Source of the DNA: OCS116 cluster bacterium AG-435-F03
GTDB lineage: Bacteria; Pseudomonadota; Alphaproteobacteria; MED-G09
Assembly: GCA_003212795.1 (NCBI GenBank)
Contig: QCOV01000001.1
Span: 624,893-688,892 of the forward strand
Direction of reading: 5' to 3'
Length of the DNA: 64,000 nt
Part shown: in pieces, positions 29,176-37,864 of the stretch
How positions within the stretch are numbered: position 1 is the first letter of the stretch
Layout: each line of letters starts with the position of its first letter
The notes under the pieces: generated by a model
Databases searched by the model: none
Told to the model about the DNA's origin: nothing
The model's input: the letters and a program-made list of their open reading frames with translations, nothing else
Made by a program: the position numbers and the translations under genes

Positions 29176-31480
29176 TATTTATAATCCCCCATACTTTTTG
29201 TGCTGTAATTGGCATATTTAGTTTCTTTGTATCAAAACCCTCTAAAGCATTTATGATTGCATTTACATAAGCAGTTGTTGAGGCAACAGTTCCAGCTTCA
29301 CCACAACCTTTAGCTCCCAATAAATTTGTTTTACACTCTGCCTCTTCATTAAAATCAATATTAAAATCAGGAAAATCATCAGCTCTTGGCATTTGATAAT
29401 CCATATAAGAACCATTTAAAAGTTGGCCAGTTTCCTCTTCATATATAGCATGTTCACACATTGCTTGACCTAAACCCTGAACGATACCTCCATGAACTTG
29501 GCCCGCAACTAAAAGAGGATTAATAATTTTTCCAAAATCGTCTGTCGCATGATAATCTATGATATCTATATTTCCTGTATCTTTATCTACCTCTACCTCA
29601 CAAATGTGGCAACCATTTGGATATGTCGGATCTTTATGTTCGTATGAACTAGCACCATCAAGCATTTGAGTATTAGATTGATTTTCTGCAATTTTAGCTA
29701 TTGAAAATAAGTCAATATTTCTGTTAGTGCCTTGTACTTGAAAAAGAGGACCAGATTCAGTTGAATACTCTATTTCGTCTATAGAAGCCTCTAATTCTGC
29801 AGCAGCAATTTCAATTCCCTTTTTCAAAACATCATCTGATGCCTCATTAATGGCACCAGCAGCAAAATACAACGATTTTGATCCACCAGTTCCACCTCCG
29901 CTTGGCAAGTCTTCACTATCACCAAAATGAATAGATACATCTTCAGGGTTAACACCTAATTTTTCAACAACAATTTGTGTCCATGCAGTCTCATGGCCTT
30001 GGCCTGTAGCCATTGTGCCGGTGTAAACATTTACCTTACCCTCACTTGAAACAATTATTCTAGAGTCTTCAGAGCCCTCTCCTTGAGTTCTCTCAACATA
30101 ATATGATACACCGATACCGCGAAGTTTATTTTCATCTATAGATTTTTTTTGTCTTTTTTCGAAATCTTCAAAAGATGAATTTAGCAGTGTCATGTTAGTA
30201 GTTTTATTAAAATCACAACTATCAAAAGGAATAACCGGGTCTGCAGTATTTCCTAAATCAGAAGGTTGAACATAATTCAATTTTCTAATTTCTATTTGTC
30301 CAAGAGACATATCGCGGGCTGCTTGATCAACCAATCTCTCAATAACATAACTTGCTTCAGGTCTACCCGCTCCTCTATAAGCATCAATAGGAACAGTATT
30401 TGTATATACAACTTTTACATTATTAACCATTACAGGAATATTATATACTCCAACATGCATTCCCGCAGCTGCAAGAGTAGGAATAAAAATACCATATTGG
30501 GATAAATAAGCTCCTACAGAAGCTGTTGTCTCCACCTTTACACCAAGAAATTTTCCTTCTTTATCTAAAGCTAAATATGCATCGGTGACATGGTCTCTAC
30601 CTTGTGCATCACTTAAAAAAGACTCTGATCTTGTTGCAGTCCATTTAACAGGTCTTGATAAAATTTTACTAGCATGCATTACAGCTATATATTCAGGAAA
30701 ACACATCATTTTTAAGCCAAATCCACCGCCTACATCTTTTGTAATAACTTGAATATCTTCTTCTTTAATATTAAGCGTATTAGCAAGCCTTTCTCTCATA
30801 GCATGAGGGCCTTGGCTTTCAACATGCATTTTAAATTTTCCATCAGTTTTATTAAATATTGATACTGCAGATCTTGGTTCGATAGGATTAACGACAATCC
30901 TATTATTAATAAGATGAACATGAGAAACATGATGTGCATCTGACTCAACTTTTTTCCATTCCTCATCCGAACCTAAACCCCAATCAACTGCACAATTAGA
31001 CTCAAATTCATCAAATAACTTAGGTGAGTCATTTTCAAGAGCTTTGGCGGTGTCAGAGTTACATGGTAACTCTTCATAATCCACTATTACATTATCAGCA
31101 GCATCGAGAGCTAAATTAACAGTTTCAGCTAGTATGAAAACAACAGGATCTCCGACATGTCTTACCCTATCTGACGCCAATATAGGTCTTTTACTAGCAT
31201 TCATAGGTGATCCATCTTTATTTTGGAGAAAATCAATTACCGACATATGTGTTATACCTGCCTCAGTGAAGGAATCATTTGTAAAAATATCAATTACACC
31301 TGGCATTTTACGAGCACTCTCAACATCAATGTTTAAAATTTTTGCATGAGAATAAGGTGATCTAACAAAAACACCATGGCACATATCTTCAAATTTTATA
31401 TCATCCGTATAATTACCTTCTCCTGTAATTAAACGCGTATCTTCAATCCTAGTAACAGGCTGTCCTACAGCAAACTTCAT
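29168..31480 (-). CDS. xanthine dehydrogenase/aldehyde oxidase/CoxL-family molybdopterin-binding large subunit
   Basis: 770 aa. N-terminus MKFAVGQPVTRIEDTRLITGEGNYTDDI...HGVFVRSPYSHAKI is characteristic of Mo-hydroxylase large subunits, and the Mo-cofactor-binding domains are present throughout. Confidence 0.88.
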   Translation of the reverse strand: MKFAVGQPVTRIEDTRLITGEGNYTDDIKFEDMCHGVFVRSPYSHAKILNIDVESARKMPGVIDIFTNDSFTEAGITHMSVIDFLQNKDGSPMNASKRPILASDRVRHVGDPVVFILAETVNLALDAADNVIVDYEELPCNSDTAKALENDSPKLFDEFESNCAVDWGLGSDEEWKKVESDAHHVSHVHLINNRIVVNPIEPRSAVSIFNKTDGKFKMHVESQGPHAMRERLANTLNIKEEDIQVITKDVGGGFGLKMMCFPEYIAVMHASKILSRPVKWTATRSESFLSDAQGRDHVTDAYLALDKEGKFLGVKVETTASVGAYLSQYGIFIPTLAAAGMHVGVYNIPVMVNNVKVVYTNTVPIDAYRGAGRPEASYVIERLVDQAARDMSLGQIEIRKLNYVQPSDLGNTADPVIPFDSCDFNKTTNMTLLNSSFEDFEKRQKKSIDENKLRGIGVSYYVERTQGEGSEDSRIIVSSEGKVNVYTGTMATGQGHETAWTQIVVEKLGVNPEDVSIHFGDSEDLPSGGGTGGSKSLYFAAGAINEASDDVLKKGIEIAAAELEASIDEIEYSTESGPLFQVQGTNRNIDLFSIAKIAENQSNTQMLDGASSYEHKDPTYPNGCHICEVEVDKDTGNIDIIDYHATDDFGKIINPLLVAGQVHGGIVQGLGQAMCEHAIYEEETGQLLNGSYMDYQMPRADDFPDFNIDFNEEAECKTNLLGAKGCGEAGTVASTTAYVNAIINALEGFDTKKLNMPITAQKVWGIINNA

Positions 31481-31492
31481 TATTTCTCCTAT

Positions 31493-32248
31493 TTAATTTT
31501 TATAACTGGGGTCAATTTTATCTAATTTCCTTAAAAGACCAGGCCACGCAAGTTGGCCTATTCCATCATCAGATGCCATTTGACCTTGTTCAGTAACTAA
31601 TTCAATAACATCAGTTGGAACTTGATTAAGTTTTAAACCACCAGTTAAGGCTTTAATTTGCATGGTGCAGGCTCTTTCAAGAAAAAATAAACGAAGCCAT
31701 GCATCTCCACAAGTAGCACCTGTTGTTAACAAACCATGATTTTTTAAAATTAAACAATGCTTATCCCCAAGATCATTAATCAATCTCTCTCTTTCATCTA
31801 AATTAAGAGCGATACCTTCATAATCATGATATGCACAATCATTTCTTATAACCATTGCATGTTGACTTATAGGCATAAGACCATCTTCTTGTGCCGCAAC
31901 AGCCACTCCATCATTTGAATGCGTATGAATTACAGCATGATTATTTGTTCCTGAGGAATGAACTGCTGAATGAATAGTGAAACCAGCAGCATTAACATTA
32001 TAATTTGTTTCAGAAACCTTATTTCCATCAAGATCAATTTTGACCAGATCAGATGCACAAATTTCGTCAAATAATAAACCATATGGATTAAGTAAGAAGT
32101 GTTCAGGTTCTGAGGGAACACGAACAGATATATGGGTAAAAACAAGATCATCCCAACCATATAAAGCTACTAACCTATATAAAGCTGCAAGCTCTACTCT
32201 TGCGCTCCATTCCTCTTCACTTACTGATTCTCTAATTTGTTTATTCAT
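31493..32248 (-). CDS. class II aldolase/adducin-domain protein
   Basis: 251 aa with metal-binding His cluster (HTHSNDGVAVAAQ...HAMVIRND). Size and pattern fit the FucA/AraD fold. Confidence 0.65.
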   Translation of the reverse strand: MNKQIRESVSEEEWSARVELAALYRLVALYGWDDLVFTHISVRVPSEPEHFLLNPYGLLFDEICASDLVKIDLDGNKVSETNYNVNAAGFTIHSAVHSSGTNNHAVIHTHSNDGVAVAAQEDGLMPISQHAMVIRNDCAYHDYEGIALNLDERERLINDLGDKHCLILKNHGLLTTGATCGDAWLRLFFLERACTMQIKALTGGLKLNQVPTDVIELVTEQGQMASDDGIGQLAWPGLLRKLDKIDPSYKN

Positions 32249-32295
32249 AATCCAATATTACAATCTTTATAAATATAAAACCAGCATTATTAGAA

Positions 32296-33771
32296 TTAGA
32301 CATTGATGATTTTATTTATTGCTTTATTCCAATTTTTTATTATTTCTTCTCTTGTTTGATTTTCCATTTGTGGCAGAAATTCCTTATTTTTATATAAATT
32401 AACATTAAATTCTTTTAAATCATTAATTTCTTGAGAGCCAAGAGCTGATAATGAAGCCGCGCCCAATGCAGTCGCTTCTTGTTCATTTGATTTACTTATT
32501 TTTATGTCACAAATATCAGAGAGATTCTGCATAAACCAGTCATTTTCTGTCATACCTCCATCAACTCTGATACTATTAAGGGGGTTCTCAAATAATTTTT
32601 TAGTATCCTCATTTATGGCATTCATAAGATCATACGTTTGTAAAGAAATAGACTGAACTGATGAGGCTATTATCTCATTTTTGTTGGAATCACGCGTTAA
32701 ACCTGAAATAGTTGCCCGACTATTTGGTTGCCAATGTGGTGCACCTAAACCAGTAAAAGCAGGTACCATTACAATCTCACTATTAATGGAAGTATTTTTA
32801 AGTATATCTTCTAATTCATTAATATTATCAAATACTTGTAGATTATTCTTTAACCAATCTATAATAGCACCAGCCATGAAAATAGAACCCTCAAGAGCAT
32901 AAGCTATCTCTCCATTAATTTTATATGCTACGGTCGATAAAAGGCCATTTTTAGAATATGCAATATTTTTACCTGTATTTAATAAAACAAAGCATCCAGT
33001 ACCATAAGTTGACTTAATATCTCCAAAATTAAAGCATTTTTGTCCAATTGCAGCTGATTGTTGATCTCCTATAACACCATAAATTGGTAATTTCTTTATG
33101 AGAGCCTCTGATTGTCCATAAAAAGCATCAGATTCCAGAACTTCCGGAAGTATTGATTTATTCACTTGAAAAAGATTCAATAAATCATCATCCCATTTTA
33201 ATTCTTCAATATTAAAAAGATTTGTTCTAGCTGCATTTGTAATATCAGTAGCAAAAACTTTACCTTTTGTAAGATGCCAAATAATCCATGAATCTATTGT
33301 TCCTGCACATACTCTATCTTGATTTATGCTTTCTTTAACGCCATCAACATTATTTATTATCCAGGATATCTTAGTTGATGAAAAATACGGGTCTAATAAT
33401 AATCCTGTTTTATTGATAATTAATTCTTCGTAGCCTTTTTCTTTTAAATCTCTACATAAACTCTCTGTTCTTCTGTCTTGCCATACTATTGCGTTATATA
33501 AAGATTTACCGGTTTGTTTATCCCATACAACTACAGTTTCTCTTTGATTAGTAATACCAATTGAACAAATATTATGATTAGGATTATTTTCTATAATTTC
33601 ATTACAACAACTTATAACAGTTCCAATAATCTCTTCGGGATTATGCTCAACCCAACCATTATTAGGGAATACTTGTTCAAAAGATTTCTGACTAGAATCA
33701 ACTTTTTTTCCGTTTAAGTCAAAAAGCATTACTTTTGTAGATGTGGTACCTTGGTCAATTATAAGAAACAT
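32296..33771 (-). CDS. glpK: glycerol kinase (FGGY family)
   Basis: 491 aa colinear with GlpK over its whole length (IIDQGTTSTKVMLFD, GITNQRETVVVWDKQTGKSLYNAIVWQDRRT, TYGTGCF, PAFTGLGAPHW, VDGGMT). Confidence 0.88.
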   Translation of the reverse strand: MFLIIDQGTTSTKVMLFDLNGKKVDSSQKSFEQVFPNNGWVEHNPEEIIGTVISCCNEIIENNPNHNICSIGITNQRETVVVWDKQTGKSLYNAIVWQDRRTESLCRDLKEKGYEELIINKTGLLLDPYFSSTKISWIINNVDGVKESINQDRVCAGTIDSWIIWHLTKGKVFATDITNAARTNLFNIEELKWDDDLLNLFQVNKSILPEVLESDAFYGQSEALIKKLPIYGVIGDQQSAAIGQKCFNFGDIKSTYGTGCFVLLNTGKNIAYSKNGLLSTVAYKINGEIAYALEGSIFMAGAIIDWLKNNLQVFDNINELEDILKNTSINSEIVMVPAFTGLGAPHWQPNSRATISGLTRDSNKNEIIASSVQSISLQTYDLMNAINEDTKKLFENPLNSIRVDGGMTENDWFMQNLSDICDIKISKSNEQEATALGAASLSALGSQEINDLKEFNVNLYKNKEFLPQMENQTREEIIKNWNKAINKIINV

Positions 33772-33773
33772 TT

Positions 33774-34940
33774 TTATTTATGAGAAACAGGAAGTTTTTT
33801 TCTACCCCAAAAAAGAAAGGGGCCTACCCTTTCGCCATCATTAATTAATTTTAAATTAGGAAATCTCTTTTTTAATGCATTAAGAGTAACCTTTGTCTCT
33901 AACCTTGCAAGCTCTCTACCTAAGCAAATGTGAACACCTACACTAAAAGAAATTACTTTACTACCATCTCTAGTCAAATCGAATGTATTTGGATTATCAA
34001 AAATTACAGGATCTCTATTTGCTGCACCATAATGCATCATCACTTTTGAGTTTTTTGGAATTATATTTCCTTCAATATTTACTTCTTTAGAAGTAGTTTT
34101 AAATAATCCTAAAAGAGGTGGATCGTAGCGTAGACTCTCATTTATAGCATTATTGATATCAATTTTATTGCTTACAAAATCTTCCCATAAATTATCTACA
34201 GTCATCATTCTCCATACTAAATTAGAAATCAAAGAAGTAGTTGTCTCATTACCTGCAACAAAAATTTGTATAGTTAAGTTTACAGCTTCATCATTAGATA
34301 AATATTTTGACTTAAGTTTTGCATGAGCAATCCTTGATAAAAGAGTGCTATCTTCTTCTTCTTCTCTTTTTTTTAGTATGAGATCCAATAGATAATCTCT
34401 CATTTGACTCAATTCTTTTTCAAATTTCTGGGGGTCTTCACTACACATTTGTTCCACCGTAGCATCTGCCCAACGCTTAAATTTATGAATGTCATCAATT
34501 GGAATACCTAATATCTCGCAAATAATTATTACTGGTAGTGGAAATGATAAGTTATCATGAATATCCCAAATATCTTTTCCCATAACATCATCAAGGAGTT
34601 CCTCTGCGATTTCTTCTAATCTCTCTTCTAATTTAGCAATTGATCCCATTAAAAAATTCGGTTGTACAATTCTTCTAATCAATGTGTGATGCTCTCCGTC
34701 AGAAAGCACACCATTAGAAGAATCTATAAAGTTAGGTCCATTACCATGACCCTCAATGAAAATATCAGGCTCTCTTAAGGCATAACTAATATCTTCATAT
34801 CTTGATAGTATGTAAAATGGAGGGTCGTACAAATCATAATGGTAGACTCTATTTCCATTTAATAATTTTGAAGCGGATATAGATGGGTCATACATCTCAT
34901 CCTGACTCATTAAATTAACCTTACTGTTGTCTGAATTCAT
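33774..34940 (-). CDS. cytochrome P450
   Basis: 388 aa with heme loop FSVGVHICLGRELARLE and an ETLR-type K-helix (NESLR). Confidence 0.85.
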   Translation of the reverse strand: MNSDNSKVNLMSQDEMYDPSISASKLLNGNRVYHYDLYDPPFYILSRYEDISYALREPDIFIEGHGNGPNFIDSSNGVLSDGEHHTLIRRIVQPNFLMGSIAKLEERLEEIAEELLDDVMGKDIWDIHDNLSFPLPVIIICEILGIPIDDIHKFKRWADATVEQMCSEDPQKFEKELSQMRDYLLDLILKKREEEEDSTLLSRIAHAKLKSKYLSNDEAVNLTIQIFVAGNETTTSLISNLVWRMMTVDNLWEDFVSNKIDINNAINESLRYDPPLLGLFKTTSKEVNIEGNIIPKNSKVMMHYGAANRDPVIFDNPNTFDLTRDGSKVISFSVGVHICLGRELARLETKVTLNALKKRFPNLKLINDGERVGPFLFWGRKKLPVSHK

Positions 34941-35026
34941 TTATTCACCTAAATAGATAAAAACCAAAGATAAAACTTTAGTAATTTAGGTATGAATTAT
35001 CAAGAGGAAGTGATATTTAAAAAAAT

Positions 35027-35794
35027 ATGTCAGATAAAAAAATACATTTTGTTTCAAGTGATAATAAAGCTGCGAAAGAAGCGAAAGATAATCTAGTAAA
35101 AAAATATAAGGATTATTCTGCCCCTGAAGCTGATGTAATTGTTGCGCTTGGAGGTGATGGACTTATGTTACAAACGCTTCATGATAATATTGATGAGGCA
35201 AAGCCTATTTTTGGCATCAATAAAGGGTCTGTTGGTTTCTTAATGAACGATTATAATGATGACGATCTGTTAGAAAGAATTGAATCTGCTACTTTAACAA
35301 AAGTTTACCCTCTTCAAATGACAGTTAAAACTGAGCAGGAAGAAATATCAGCAAAAGCTATTAATGAAGTTTCTCTTTTGAGACAAACATATCAAGCAGC
35401 AAAAATAAAAATTAAGATAGATGATAAAATTCGATTAGAAGAATTAATATGTGATGGTATTTTACTTGCAACACCTGCAGGTAGTACCGCCTATAATTTA
35501 TCTGCTCATGGACCAATACTTCCAATTACTTCAAATTTATTAGCATTAACTCCTATATCAGCATTTAGACCAAGACGATGGAAAGGCGCACTGCTACCTC
35601 ATGATTCAATAGTTGAAATTGAAATATTGGAAAAAAATAAGAGACCGGTAAGTGCTGTTGCAGACAATCTTGAAATAAGAGACATAGAAAGCGTTAAAAT
35701 AATAGAGGATAGAAAAACGGAATTATTTATGCTTTTTGATCCTGAAACAAATCTAGAAGAAAAGATTTTAGAAGAACAATTTACTTACTCTTAA
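35027..35794 (+). CDS. nadK: NAD+ kinase
   Basis: 255 aa with GGDGLML, NEV and [17 protein letters not shown] motifs. Confidence 0.9.
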   Translation: MSDKKIHFVSSDNKAAKEAKDNLVKKYKDYSAPEADVIVALGGDGLMLQTLHDNIDEAKPIFGINKGSVGFLMNDYNDDDLLERIESATLTKVYPLQMTVKTEQEEISAKAINEVSLLRQTYQAAKIKIKIDDKIRLEELICDGILLATPAGSTAYNLSAHGPILPITSNLLALTPISAFRPRRWKGALLPHDSIVEIEILEKNKRPVSAVADNLEIRDIESVKIIEDRKTELFMLFDPETNLEEKILEEQFTYS

Positions 35795-35795
35795 T

Positions 35796-36587
35796 TTATT
35801 TTAAATTCTCTATAGGCTCTTTAATTAGACCATATCCAGCTTTTTCAGGAATCGTCAAAAATACTCCGTCCTCATTCTTTTCTATCTTAGGTTCAACGGT
35901 GATAACTGTCTCTTTTTTAACTTCCTCAAGGGCTTCTGAAACAGTTCTAAATTTGGATAATTTTTCTAAATTCATTCTTGTAGGAAAAATTATAGTTCGT
36001 TTTTCAGCTATACAGTCCTCTAATGCCTGTTTTGGAGAAATCCAAATTGAATCAACAGACTCTTTTCCATCATGCTTGCCTATATGATCTTTAGGGGCTT
36101 CGGCAAGATAAAAATATGTATCAAACCTCTTTGGCATCATTTTTGGGGTTATCCAATGCGCAAATGGAATTAAATTGTCTAAATTAAATTTAATGTTTTC
36201 CTTAACAGCAAAATCAAACATTGATCCCTTTTTGTTATTAAATTTTTCTCGCCACTGAGCCAATTTCTTCAATTTTCCACTTGATATAATTTCTTTCTCA
36301 TTTTGCTCGTATGCAAATAATACATCTGCTTCTTCATAACACTCTCTTATTCCTGCAATTTTATAACTTAGCTCTTCATCACTAATTTCTTTTTCAGTAA
36401 CTACATGTCTTCTCAATTCTGGATTAAGATCACTTTCATCAACTTTTCCACCTGGAAAGACTAAAGCACCTGATGCAAAATCTATTTGGTGATGCCTAAC
36501 AACCATAAAGACTTCTATATCATCAACACCGTCTCTAATAACTAAGACAGTAGATGCAGGTATTAATTTATTAGAAGAATTTTCCAT
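35796..36587 (-). CDS. NUDIX hydrolase (CoA pyrophosphatase NudL-like)
   Basis: 263 aa with Nudix box VFPGGKVDESD...GIRECYEEADVLF. Confidence 0.75.
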   Translation of the reverse strand: MENSSNKLIPASTVLVIRDGVDDIEVFMVVRHHQIDFASGALVFPGGKVDESDLNPELRRHVVTEKEISDEELSYKIAGIRECYEEADVLFAYEQNEKEIISSGKLKKLAQWREKFNNKKGSMFDFAVKENIKFNLDNLIPFAHWITPKMMPKRFDTYFYLAEAPKDHIGKHDGKESVDSIWISPKQALEDCIAEKRTIIFPTRMNLEKLSKFRTVSEALEEVKKETVITVEPKIEKNEDGVFLTIPEKAGYGLIKEPIENLK

Positions 36588-36649
36588 AATATAATGCTAT
36601 AGCATAGTTCAAAATATTTAATCATTTATTTTTATTATGATGAGGAGAG

Positions 36650-37864
36650 ATGATGTTAGAAGGATTAAGAGTTATTGAGATGTCAACATATGTAGCCGCT
36701 CCTGGAGCAGGTGGTATGCTTCGAGATTGGGGAGCAGAAGTTATTAAAGTTGAACCATTAACAGGCTGTCCAATGAGATCATTTTTTGAAGGAACAAAAT
36801 CAAAATTAGAAATAGTAGGTAACCCTATCTTTAGTCTCGATAATAGAGGCAAAAAAGGGATGACAATAAATACTAGCAATGAAAAAGGTGCTGATATTGT
36901 TAGACAATTAATTAAAGATGCAGATATCTTTTTGACAAATGTTAGACCTACATCATTAGAAAAATCAAAACTTGATCATGAAACGCTTCTAGAAATTAAT
37001 CCTAAGCTAATATATTGCTCTTTATCAGGTTACGGTCTTGACGGGGAAGAAAGAGATCGACCTGGTTTTGATATTGCTGCATTTTGGTCAAGATCCGGAA
37101 TGGCACATTTAACCCAGAGAAAAGGTGAAGAGCCCTTGCCTATTAGAGTTGCTGTTGGAGATCATATAACCTCAATATCAACAGTTAGTGGAATATTAGC
37201 TGCAGTTTATGAAAGACAAAAAACAGGTAAAGGTAAAGTTGTTGAGAGTTCACTCTTAAGAACAGGAATTTATTCCATAGGCTCAGATATGGCACTTCAA
37301 TTAAGGTTTGGTCGGGTTCCATCAACAAAAAAAAGAGATGAACAAATAAACCCAATAGCTAATTTTTTTAAAACAAAAGATGATAGATGGATATGCCTTA
37401 GTCCAAGAGCAGGAGGCGATTGGGATTTGCCTCAAGTAGCAAGAGCTATCGGGAGAGAAGAATGGTTGGAAGATGAGAGATTTAATAATCATCATGGAAG
37501 AAGGTCTAACTCTACAGAATTTGTAAAAGCTATGGATGAAGCTTTTAGTCAATTAACTCTTGAAGAATGGGGTGAAAGATTAGACAAAGAAGATCTAATT
37601 TGGGCGCCTGTACAAAATTTAAGCGAAGTTGCAAATGACAAACAAGCTATTGAAGCAGGATCATTTGTTGAAATTGAAGACCCAGAATGTGAAGAGAAGT
37701 ACCTATCTTTAGCTTCTCCGGTTAAATTCCATAATAGTGATGTAGGTCCAAAAGGACCTGCACCTCTTCTTGGTGAACATAATAAAGAAATATTAAGTGA
37801 GATGGGCTATTCATCAGAAGAAATTAGTAAATTTGAAGAAAATGGAATTATTGGGAAAAGTTAA
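36650..37864 (+). CDS. CoA-transferase family III (CaiB/BaiF/Frc-like)
   Basis: 404 aa with the family N-terminus [34 protein letters not shown] and catalytic Asp region. Confidence 0.88.
   Translation: MMLEGLRVIEMSTYVAAPGAGGMLRDWGAEVIKVEPLTGCPMRSFFEGTKSKLEIVGNPIFSLDNRGKKGMTINTSNEKGADIVRQLIKDADIFLTNVRPTSLEKSKLDHETLLEINPKLIYCSLSGYGLDGEERDRPGFDIAAFWSRSGMAHLTQRKGEEPLPIRVAVGDHITSISTVSGILAAVYERQKTGKGKVVESSLLRTGIYSIGSDMALQLRFGRVPSTKKRDEQINPIANFFKTKDDRWICLSPRAGGDWDLPQVARAIGREEWLEDERFNNHHGRRSNSTEFVKAMDEAFSQLTLEEWGERLDKEDLIWAPVQNLSEVANDKQAIEAGSFVEIEDPECEEKYLSLASPVKFHNSDVGPKGPAPLLGEHNKEILSEMGYSSEEISKFEENGIIGKS

Noticed and set aside
9401-37864. Island as a mobile element, prophage or integrative element
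   Set aside because: No integrase, transposase, phage structural gene, flanking direct repeats or clear compositional shift is visible. Flexible-island status rests only on gene content and tRNA adjacency.
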